Positions 17,545-25,309 of a stretch of 43,070 bases of DNA are shown here, piece after piece (the first letter of the stretch is position 1; each line of letters begins with the position of its first letter). The position numbers and the translations under genes were made by a program. Source of the stretch: a virus (Duplodnaviria; Caudoviricetes); the IMG/VR virus record IMGVR_UViG_3300032274_000015, positions 1-43,070 of that record. One strand, written 5' to 3'. A model generated the notes under the pieces. The model did not search any database. It was not told the DNA's origin and saw only the letters and a program-made list of their open reading frames with translations.

Positions 17545-18909
17545 ATGAAAACAGAAAAAGAAACAGAGATGGTTGTGGATTACCTCGGTAATTCACAAGA
17601 AGAAAACGACTGCTACCGAATCACCCACGGTCACGCCAAGGGTGAGTGGGGGCATAAGGATGACGTAGAACACGCCACCCACCGTGATGGGGACGATGTA
17701 GTCTATGTAGACGATGACATAGGTGACCTCGTGTGGGATCACAACGGCGAACTCATCGAAGCCGATGATGCCGAGACCACCCACCTTGATGGGGACGTAG
17801 CCCACCGTGACGATTGCGTCCCAGTGGAAACCTACTACGATGGGGTAGTGGGGTACGAACTCGACGGTCACCACCAACTCGTAGAAATATACGACGACGC
17901 TTCCCGATACGCGTTGGACGATGATTGTGTATGGGTGGAGTCAAGGAGTATCTACGTCTTCACCGAGGATGATGATTACCAGTACCACGAAGGGCACGAA
18001 GAGTATTACCACGAGGATGACTACCCCCGTGCTGACGGCGAGGACGACAGGATAAACGAATACCACTGCTCCCCTGATGTGGCGGTGTATCAGAACCACC
18101 CGATGATGTGGTTCGGGGGGAAATACCTCCCCAACCCTGAATACCACAAAGTGTTCGACAGTTACACGATAGGCTTCGAGGTTGAGAAGAACAGCGTCGA
18201 TGGGTGCTACGATGAGGGTGACCCCGTTGATGAGCAACCGCTCTTCGCAGGGTGGGAGACGGACTCGTCATGTGGTGTCGAAGGCATTACTAATGCTTAC
18301 TCCCTCAATATGGGGGGGCGGCTGAAGAGTGATATTGACCGATCACCGCTCGTCAACTCGCCAACCGACGGGAGTTGCGGGGGGCATGTCAATGTCCGCG
18401 GTGAAGGGTTAACTATAGAAGCGATCCGTCCCTACGTGGGACTGATATACGCCCTATACCGAGGTCGCCTTACAAACGGCTTCTGTGCGGGCAACATACG
18501 CCTTGACGTGGGGGCGGGGTCGACCTACCCCGCCATAAAAAACAAGGGGGGTGGGATGATAGAGTTCCGCGTAGTATCGCGGGTCACTAATGGTGTTACC
18601 TTATGGCGGCGGTTCTTACTGTTCAAGGAAATCATGTGGTGTGTTCATCACAAGTTGTCCTTCAACGGTTTGATGAGACGCACACGGAAGATCCTACGCA
18701 CCATGTATCCTGATCCCTGCAAGCGAGCCATGATCCGTGATCTGGCTTACAAGTTCCAGCGATACGTGGAACTACGTGAACTACACTTAGACATCGCAGA
18801 GTGGGTCGCCGATGGCGGTGCCACACTCGTAGCAGGGGAGAGAAACACACCTGTAACAACACAAGAAACAACACAAGAAACAACACAAGAAACAACATTA
18901 TGTGCTTAA
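17545..18909 (+). CDS. Putative amidoligase (glutamine-synthetase-like COOH-NH2 ligase family) with an acidic N-terminal region
   Basis: Motifs IGFEVE, WETDSSCGVEG, SCGGHVNV and IEFR; start ATG 17545. Confidence 0.75.
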   Translation: MKTEKETEMVVDYLGNSQEENDCYRITHGHAKGEWGHKDDVEHATHRDGDDVVYVDDDIGDLVWDHNGELIEADDAETTHLDGDVAHRDDCVPVETYYDGVVGYELDGHHQLVEIYDDASRYALDDDCVWVESRSIYVFTEDDDYQYHEGHEEYYHEDDYPRADGEDDRINEYHCSPDVAVYQNHPMMWFGGKYLPNPEYHKVFDSYTIGFEVEKNSVDGCYDEGDPVDEQPLFAGWETDSSCGVEGITNAYSLNMGGRLKSDIDRSPLVNSPTDGSCGGHVNVRGEGLTIEAIRPYVGLIYALYRGRLTNGFCAGNIRLDVGAGSTYPAIKNKGGGMIEFRVVSRVTNGVTLWRRFLLFKEIMWCVHHKLSFNGLMRRTRKILRTMYPDPCKRAMIRDLAYKFQRYVELRELHLDIAEWVADGGATLVAGERNTPVTTQETTQETTQETTLCA

Positions 18910-20378
18910 TTATATACAAACCAAAAGCAAACCAGACAATACCACAGAAGTACATCGACAACGCCATGCTCATCAATCAAGATGGGTTTGGGATCACGTT
19001 CCTCGATGATGGAGAGACAATCAAAACGGCTGACTACCAGCGTGCTGAGAGTCTACTCCACATGCCACGGCCATATGTAGCACACTTCAGGTATGCTACA
19101 CAGGGTGCAATCAACGAAGAGAACATGCACCCCGCTCCCTTCTCTAAGGGATGGCTGTTCTCGAATGGTACTGTCCCCACCTTAGGGACTAAGAAAAAGT
19201 CTGACACCCGCGTGGTGGCAGAATACCTAGAGGACACACCAGAGAAACATTGGGCTAAACTACTGTCAATGACTGACACTAGGTTCGCCGTGGTCTCCCA
19301 CAACCTACGGGTTAGGCGATACGGTAAGTGGCACAAACGTAAAGGTGTCTACTACTCCAAGGACAATTGCTTCCGCACGTCCTATGCTCAGTATGGGTAT
19401 GGTTCAAGCAAGCAATACCCATGTGGGTTCGACGTTGTTGATGATGGTGAGGAGGACGCGGATTACTTCGGTAGGCACGGCTGGTATGACAATACGGGAA
19501 CGTATTGGAAATACACCGATGAGGATCAGTCTCTGCGGGACTCCCTACTAGACGGGGATTCCATGGATGAGTTCCTAGATAGGAATGACTACCCCTACGA
19601 AAATGCAATCGATGATACGTCTGCATCACAGAAGGCACTAACTGTGGAAGATCCTGACCTTCGGATGGATGATAGACAATTGCTCCAGTTCAATGAGGAG
19701 TTTAAGTATGAGCCCGCGCTCAACCTAAATGACACCGAGTTGATCGACATGATTGATCAACTCGAAACCGTCCACCTCAACAAACCTCTATCGCCTGATG
19801 CCACAGACGCGTTGGAAGAGTATTACACCGAGCTAGACAGGCGAACGAGCCTGTGTGGTTACGATGTGTATGATGCCAATTCAGCACCATCAAGGAGTGG
19901 TAGAGTGGATGAGTATGATGAGTATGATGAGTATGATGACTACATCACTTCCCCTGCTAATGAGAGCCTACCCTCAAACAATGAATTGGTTGCGGTGTAT
20001 GGAACTCTAAAGAATGGGCAAGGTAATCATTACCATCATCTCGGTGGGGATAAGTCTAGCTTCGTAGGTAGTGGGAGGACTGCACAGAAACTCCGCATGG
20101 CGGACTTCGGCATCCCCTATGTCTACGAGGGGGAGCATAAGGACGGACACAACCTAGTGGTGGATGTATTCAAACCATCGAGTGGTAAGACGTGGGCGGG
20201 GCTGGACTGCCTTGAGGGAGTTCCCACCCATTACCACCGAAAGGAGACAACCATCATCCTCGACTCAGGTGAGGAAGTCACGGCGTGGATGTACTACGCA
20301 TCGCACCAACCTGACAAGGGGGTGGATTGGATTGACAACTACAAGGGCTTAGGTTCGAGAGGGGCTTTTAAATTATAG
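18900..20378 (+). CDS. Class II glutamine amidotransferase fused to a gamma-glutamylcyclotransferase (AIG2-like) domain
   Basis: Start ATG 18900 gives M-C-LIIYKP (Ntn Cys); also HFRYATQG, MHP, SNG and SDT. C-terminal VAVYGTLKNGQGNH...LDCLEG...AWMY is the GGCT signature. Confidence 0.85.
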   Translation: MCLIIYKPKANQTIPQKYIDNAMLINQDGFGITFLDDGETIKTADYQRAESLLHMPRPYVAHFRYATQGAINEENMHPAPFSKGWLFSNGTVPTLGTKKKSDTRVVAEYLEDTPEKHWAKLLSMTDTRFAVVSHNLRVRRYGKWHKRKGVYYSKDNCFRTSYAQYGYGSSKQYPCGFDVVDDGEEDADYFGRHGWYDNTGTYWKYTDEDQSLRDSLLDGDSMDEFLDRNDYPYENAIDDTSASQKALTVEDPDLRMDDRQLLQFNEEFKYEPALNLNDTELIDMIDQLETVHLNKPLSPDATDALEEYYTELDRRTSLCGYDVYDANSAPSRSGRVDEYDEYDEYDDYITSPANESLPSNNELVAVYGTLKNGQGNHYHHLGGDKSSFVGSGRTAQKLRMADFGIPYVYEGEHKDGHNLVVDVFKPSSGKTWAGLDCLEGVPTHYHRKETTIILDSGEEVTAWMYYASHQPDKGVDWIDNYKGLGSRGAFKL

Positions 20379-20405
20379 CACCTCAACCCAACGCCTAGCA
20401 TAACT

Positions 20406-20514
20406 AAACCCCACATACTCAGCCCGTCGGTTTAATCGCCAATTAAATCGGCGGGTTGCAATGTGGTGTTTGATATTCTTTCAAGCAACACAAAACAAAA
20501 ACTAATAAACTACA
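20406..20514 (+). repeat. Cassette-boundary element, copy 7
   Basis: Hairpin 1 at 20420-20458; right arm identical to that of copy 5. Confidence 0.95.
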
Positions 20515-21321
20515 ATGAAAAAACCAACACCAGAAGAGATACTAAAAGTCGCTTCGTTTGATTATGACGAAGAAGGAAAGCTGATACTAAAACGGCTGGA
20601 TACTGACATAGTGGGTACCCACATCGGCGACCACTACGGCGACCACGAAGGCAACCACATCGGCAAGCACATCGGCAAGCACAAGGGCAACCACATTGGC
20701 AAGCACATTGGCGACCACGAAGGCAACCACTACGGCGACCACCACGGCAAGCACATTGGCGACCACGACGGCGACCACGTCGGCGACCACGACGGCGACC
20801 ACTTCGGCGACCACATCGGCGACCACGAAGGCTACCACGAAGGCGACCACTTCGGTTGCCACATCGGCAAGCACAAGGGCAACCACATCGGCAAGCACAA
20901 GGGCGACCACCACGGCAAGCACATTGGCGACCACGACGGCGACCACGTCGGCGACCACGACGGCGACCACATCGGCGACCACGAAGGCTACCACAAGGGC
21001 AACCACAGAGGCAACCACGTCGGCGACCACGACGGCGACCACGAAGGCGACCACGAAGGCAACCACTACGGCTACCACAACGGCACCCACATTGGCGACC
21101 ACGAAGGCAAGCACATCGGCGACCACGAAGGCGACCACGAAGGCGACCACTTCGGTTGCCACATCGGCTACCACAAGGGCAACCACAGAGGCAACCACTT
21201 CGGCGACCACTACGGCAACCACGAAGGCGATCACTTCGGCAACCACTACGGCTACCACAACGGCACCCACATTGGCGACCACATAGGTGACCACAACGGC
21301 GAACAGAAAACAGCACAATAA
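20515..21321 (+). CDS. His-rich (G-x-H-x)57 tetrapeptide repeat protein
   Basis: 33-aa head followed by 57 GxHx units from 12-bp GGCnnnCACnnn repeats; this frame has the conserved leader AATAAACTACA-ATG. Confidence 0.85.
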   Translation: MKKPTPEEILKVASFDYDEEGKLILKRLDTDIVGTHIGDHYGDHEGNHIGKHIGKHKGNHIGKHIGDHEGNHYGDHHGKHIGDHDGDHVGDHDGDHFGDHIGDHEGYHEGDHFGCHIGKHKGNHIGKHKGDHHGKHIGDHDGDHVGDHDGDHIGDHEGYHKGNHRGNHVGDHDGDHEGDHEGNHYGYHNGTHIGDHEGKHIGDHEGDHEGDHFGCHIGYHKGNHRGNHFGDHYGNHEGDHFGNHYGYHNGTHIGDHIGDHNGEQKTAQ

Positions 21322-21327
21322 ACTACA

Positions 21328-21693
21328 ATGAAAAAACCAACACTAGAAGAGATACTAAAAGTCGCTTCATTTGATTATGATGAAAAAGGAAAGCTGGTGC
21401 AGACCAGATTAGATGCTGACCTAATCGGCTCCCACAAGGGCAACCACTACGGCGACCACTACGGCGACCACTTCGGCTACCACGAAGGCAACCACATTGG
21501 CTACCACGACGGCGACCACTTCGGCGACCACATTGGCAAGCACATTGGCGACCACGAAGGCAACCACTACGGCGACCACCACGGCAAGCACATCGGCAAG
21601 CACATCGGCGACCACATCAGCTACCACATCGGCGACCACATCGGCGACCGCATCACACCAAAACCAGAAAAAACAGCACAAAACAAAAACTAA
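21328..21693 (+). CDS. Shorter paralogous (G-x-H-x)n repeat protein (about 19 units)
   Basis: Same MKKPTxEEILKVASFDYDExGKL head and the same leader. Confidence 0.85.
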   Translation: MKKPTLEEILKVASFDYDEKGKLVQTRLDADLIGSHKGNHYGDHYGDHFGYHEGNHIGYHDGDHFGDHIGKHIGDHEGNHYGDHHGKHIGKHIGDHISYHIGDHIGDRITPKPEKTAQNKN

Positions 21694-21702
21694 TAAACTA
21701 CA

Positions 21703-23283
21703 ATGAACAAAACAAAAACAACAGAAAAAATGACAGAACAAGAAACTACATTAGCGGACTTTGAATTACATGCATCCAGCAGAGAGAAGCTCGACCTCCC
21801 TGAGCATTTGGAGGACATTCTTTTAGTAAGTTGCACAAGAGCAGACTTCGAGAGCCTAGTACCAACTGGCGTCGGTAGGGCTATCATCCTACACCCATCC
21901 ATAGGTGGGTGTTTGAGCTTTGCAATCCTCATCCGAGACAGGGAGTGGATATACCCCGATCTCGCTAGCATCCGTCCAGTATCTGAGAGATGGGGCGCGG
22001 TCGGTCAGCGTATTCTTGTGGATGATACTGCTGATGAACAGCTATGGCTCCGCAGGGGTGGGAGTGATGAATATTTCTGCTATCAGAGCCCTGATGATCC
22101 CCTGACTTATATACCAACAGAGGACTGTGCGCCTATACAGGTGGCGGAGGGGAGGGTTGATTCAGTATCTGGATATGTAAGGTATGGTGATGAGCTCTTG
22201 TCGGTAAGAGACTGTGTCTATGTGGACTCTGGCGTATGCCCTATATTTAAAGCTATAAGGCTAGCCCCCTATTATGGGGATTTCAGATTTGTTGACCCAG
22301 ACGTAAGTTATGTCACGGAGCATGAGCGGGGGTGGTACTTTGTATATGACATGAGACGGATCGAGCCACGTGGTGGCACCCCATTCTATTCCGCTCCAGA
22401 TGAGGGGGGTTATTATCACTGTGACATTAGGGGGTGGATTCCTGAGGATGAAGCCCTGCTTGATATGGAGGGATACATCCATGAGTATCATTCTTCCCCA
22501 CCACCTAAAATGTATTTCCCGCAACTTGTGAGTAGGCTAGGTGTGGGGTTAGGTGAGGCTACATTTAGCAACCAACGCGGGCGATCCGCCTTATGGAAAT
22601 ATGGATTGGGATTTGAAATCGAAAAGAATTACGCCGTATGTCCTGATACGGGAGAGTATTTGAATAAATGCGGGGATGTGCTCCCCTCTGAACCACTCTT
22701 CGCAGGGTGGGAGACGGACTCGTCATGTGGCATAGAGGGGATTACTCATGTCTACTCTATTATGAACTTCGATCAGTTCAAGGATGATGTAGGTAACAGC
22801 CCCCTCGTAGACCTACCATCCAATTTATCTTGTGGGGGTCACGTTAATCTGAGTGGGCCTAATGTCACCTTAGCAACGGTAAGGAATTACGCAGGTCTGT
22901 TCTACGCCCTCTATCGTGGTAGGCTAGACAACCATAACTCCAATAAAAATAAACGTATCAACCCATCATATGAGGAGCATGATCACGAGGATAGGTATGC
23001 CTGTATTCGATCCAAACGGAACGGGGTTGTCGAGTTCAGGTTAGTGTCCCGTGTCCAGACACGAGCCCAACTAATTAATCGGTTCCGATTATTTCGGGAG
23101 TTGTGTTACGCGATGCACTACCGTAAGACATTTGGGGACTTTGTTAATGATAGTGAGCTAATCATATTGGATATGTATCGGGGGAGTTCATCGTCTGTTG
23201 ATCACATCCGCAGGCTCGCTGTTGATTTCCAACAGTGGCTAGACACAGGGGTAGGAATGAGTAGCATATCAAAGTACTTGTAA
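21703..23283 (+). CDS. Second putative amidoligase (COOH-NH2 ligase family) with an unrelated N-terminal region
   Basis: LGFEIE, WETDSSCGIEG, SCGGHVNL and VEFR; C-terminal half is paralogous to 17545..18909. Confidence 0.75.
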   Translation: MNKTKTTEKMTEQETTLADFELHASSREKLDLPEHLEDILLVSCTRADFESLVPTGVGRAIILHPSIGGCLSFAILIRDREWIYPDLASIRPVSERWGAVGQRILVDDTADEQLWLRRGGSDEYFCYQSPDDPLTYIPTEDCAPIQVAEGRVDSVSGYVRYGDELLSVRDCVYVDSGVCPIFKAIRLAPYYGDFRFVDPDVSYVTEHERGWYFVYDMRRIEPRGGTPFYSAPDEGGYYHCDIRGWIPEDEALLDMEGYIHEYHSSPPPKMYFPQLVSRLGVGLGEATFSNQRGRSALWKYGLGFEIEKNYAVCPDTGEYLNKCGDVLPSEPLFAGWETDSSCGIEGITHVYSIMNFDQFKDDVGNSPLVDLPSNLSCGGHVNLSGPNVTLATVRNYAGLFYALYRGRLDNHNSNKNKRINPSYEEHDHEDRYACIRSKRNGVVEFRLVSRVQTRAQLINRFRLFRELCYAMHYRKTFGDFVNDSELIILDMYRGSSSSVDHIRRLAVDFQQWLDTGVGMSSISKYL

Positions 23284-23308
23284 AATAAACCCCTAATTAA
23301 GAAAAACA

Positions 23309-23352
23309 TTGACGTGCCCATCCACCCCTGATAAACCAAGGAGTGGGTGGGC
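23309..23352 (+). promoter_or_regulatory. Candidate promoter overlapped by a 15-bp hairpin
   Basis: TTGACG-17 nt-TAAACC with extended TG; the -10 lies in the loop of TGCCCATCCACCCCT/AGGAGTGGGTGGGCA. Confidence 0.45.
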
Positions 23353-23378
23353 AACACCCTAGATTAAGAAAAAAATAT

Positions 23379-23555
23379 ATGAATACACCAATCGAAAAAA
23401 ACAAATCCGAAAGGGGGCAACAACTGCACCCCTACCCACAGCAAAGCCCTGAACCCTTTACCGTGCATCCTTTACTGGGGATGGTGGTATCACTCATCGT
23501 GTCCACGGTTCTAACTATTGCTACATTATTAATCATCATAACTATATTCTATTAA
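23379..23555 (+). CDS. Small membrane protein
   Basis: C-terminal hydrophobic helix; ATG at 23379 follows an A-rich leader. Confidence 0.5.
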   Translation: MNTPIEKNKSERGQQLHPYPQQSPEPFTVHPLLGMVVSLIVSTVLTIATLLIIITIFY

Positions 23556-23556
23556 A

Positions 23557-23838
23557 ATGAAAAACCAAATTGCACTTGAAGTAAATAGCCAACCCGTTGA
23601 AATTAAATCCCGACGCGAAGATACGGTTAGTGGGTGGGCGATCATCGCCTTCACCCCTATCTGTTCCATACGCTCCACTAAGGTGGGCTCTGAAGGACTT
23701 AGATTCCTTCTGGCTGAAGCCATCAACGCGGCGTGTGGGGGTGATCCTAGAGATCCTTTCATCGACTACATCGCCATCGCCATCCATGAAATCACATTAC
23801 TGAATGATGACACCAATGAGTATGATGGAACTGAGTAA
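23557..23838 (+). CDS. Hypothetical protein
   Basis: 93 aa, packed tightly against its neighbours. Confidence 0.6.
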   Translation: MKNQIALEVNSQPVEIKSRREDTVSGWAIIAFTPICSIRSTKVGSEGLRFLLAEAINAACGGDPRDPFIDYIAIAIHEITLLNDDTNEYDGTE

Positions 23839-24169
23839 TGAAGCTAAGGATGATATCCTGCGATATGTGTCGGAGTTTTCGGGGGTGCCAGTAGATGCCC
23901 TCCTAAGTAAGACAAGACATTCAGCGAACGCCTCCGCGTGGCGGTCACTCGCATACCTTATTCTGAGGGAGAGTGGGTGCACCTACCAGCGCATCGGGGA
24001 CTACTTCGCAGGGAGGGGATCCTCAACCATCTTGCTAGGTTGCAAACGAGCAAGAGCCATGGTTGACAACGACGAATTAAGTAAGGTTGCATGGAGTAAC
24101 CTATTGAACAAAGCTAAACAAATTATGAACCACAACAATAAACAAGAAAGGACTACGGGTAATGCCTAA
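23822..24169 (+). CDS. DnaA C-terminal (domain IV)-like HTH DNA-binding protein
   Basis: VSEFSGVPVDALLSKTR...RSLAYLILRE...YQRIGDYFAGRGSSTILLGCKR matches the DnaA domain IV pattern; no AAA+ domain. Confidence 0.75.
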   Translation: MMELSNEAKDDILRYVSEFSGVPVDALLSKTRHSANASAWRSLAYLILRESGCTYQRIGDYFAGRGSSTILLGCKRARAMVDNDELSKVAWSNLLNKAKQIMNHNNKQERTTGNA

Positions 24170-24365
24170 TAGTAGACACCCATTTGAACGCCCCGTCGGG
24201 GGTAAAGGTGACCGAGACATAAGAACAAACCCATCCCGCTATCGGGATGGGCTCTTCTGGAAAAGGTCTGAATGCTGTGACTCCCGAGTCGAACTAATAC
24301 CCCACTCTGATGATGGGGACAAATACACATGTAAAGAATGTGAACAACCATGCCAATGCAAATAA
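24162..24365 (+). CDS. Small Zn-ribbon protein
   Basis: SECC...CKECEQPC. Confidence 0.6.
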   Translation: MPNSRHPFERPVGGKGDRDIRTNPSRYRDGLFWKRSECCDSRVELIPHSDDGDKYTCKECEQPCQCK

Positions 24366-24382
24366 ACAACAATAACAACATT

Positions 24383-25198
24383 ATGTCAGATACACAAAAT
24401 ACAACCGCCCAACCCGTAGGACGACCACCACTTACGTGGAGTCCTGTTAAGATTAGTTACGCCGAGGAGTACCTAGATGACCACACACAAAAAGAAACCG
24501 CGGATCACTTCGGCGTTTCTGTGCCTACCTTAGTTCAAATCCTTGGTGATGTATGCACCCCTGAACCTGTACCGAAGAGTAGTCGAATGACTCTTTACAG
24601 GATGCGGAATGCCGCTCCTGAGGTCTATGATGAGCTCCTAAGTAAAGCACTGTTACAATACCACACCACAGATATGAATTTGCGGGAAGCCTCGGAGATG
24701 GTTCAGGAAGTCGGGGGGTGTGGGGTTAGCGCGGCAATATATGCTATGCGTACACATAGGGATTACGTCGGTAAACCAAAGGCGAGGCGTAAGCGGAAGC
24801 TATCTCACGATGAAGAAGTCTTGATCGGTGAGATAGTTCAGTATCATATCAGTAACCATACAACACTTGAGGAGACCTGTGAGAAATTCAGGGAGGTAAT
24901 TGATATGTCTACTAGCAAACTACGTGCCCTCATATCATCGCACCCTGAGTATAAACCCAACCCGAGAGGGAAGGTCGCAGGGGTTCACCTACCAACAGCA
25001 TTCCTTTTGTTATCTTTCGGCTACACGATGGAGCGAGTGGGGGTACTGTTCGGGGTGAGTAGGGAGAGGGTAAGTCAGTTGACTCGTGACACCAGCGTTG
25101 CGAAGATTATAAGACCAGAATATAACGTGGCTGAGAACATGAACGTAGATCACGAAGCCGTTGTTCGCGCACTGGAGGCGGTTAATACGGCATGTTAA
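24383..25198 (+). CDS. Multi-HTH DNA-binding protein, candidate transcription regulator
   Basis: TQKETADHFGVSVPTL and YTMERVGVLFGVSRERVSQL (sigma region 4-like) HTH motifs; start ATG 24383. Confidence 0.65.
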   Translation: MSDTQNTTAQPVGRPPLTWSPVKISYAEEYLDDHTQKETADHFGVSVPTLVQILGDVCTPEPVPKSSRMTLYRMRNAAPEVYDELLSKALLQYHTTDMNLREASEMVQEVGGCGVSAAIYAMRTHRDYVGKPKARRKRKLSHDEEVLIGEIVQYHISNHTTLEETCEKFREVIDMSTSKLRALISSHPEYKPNPRGKVAGVHLPTAFLLLSFGYTMERVGVLFGVSRERVSQLTRDTSVAKIIRPEYNVAENMNVDHEAVVRALEAVNTAC

Positions 25199-25259
25199 AG
25201 GCCCTGAGAATCGCATATACGAGACGACCCTAGGCAACTACCCTATACATTCATAACAC

Positions 25260-25305
25260 AAGGACCCTTAATCCACCTTAATTGGTGGGTTAAGGGTCCT
25301 TTTTT
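25260..25305 (+). terminator. Rho-independent terminator between convergent blocks
   Basis: AAGGACCCTTAATCCACC-ttaatt-GGTGGGTTAAGGGTCCTT followed by TTTT. Confidence 0.85.
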
Positions 25306-25309
25306 GCGT

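Noticed and set aside
18801-18899. N-terminal extension of the GATase ORF (NNTR repeats)
   Set aside because: Class II GATases need Cys at position 2, so the start is ATG 18900. The ACAACACAAGAA repeats belong to the upstream gene's tail and the A-rich leader.
14441-20458. Repeated element read as canonical integron attC sites
   Set aside because: The hairpin is only 39 bp, lacks conserved RYYYAAC/GTTRRRY ends and extrahelical bases, favours the top strand, and no IntI is in the window. The integron comparison is only an analogy.
14441-20458. Hairpin 1 read as an intrinsic terminator
   Set aside because: No U-tract follows the stem on the plus strand, and genes continue in the same direction.
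13901-20514. Repeated element read as a CRISPR array
   Set aside because: The intervening sequences are whole genes of 0.3-2.9 kb, not uniform 30-40 nt spacers, and no cas genes are present.
20614-21300. NNC-biased variable codons read as adenine-directed mutagenesis
   Set aside because: The A of the His codon CAC is invariant and no template repeat or RT is seen; slippage and recombination among repeats explain the pattern.
20510-21741. Long alternative-frame ORFs (Thr/Ala-, Arg/Pro-, Val- and Cys/Arg-rich) over the His repeats
   Set aside because: These are shadows of a stop-free 12-bp repeat; only the GxHx frame has the conserved leader and a shared non-repetitive head.
23822-24169. Calling this gene dnaA
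   Set aside because: Only the domain IV-like HTH is present, with no AAA+ domain.
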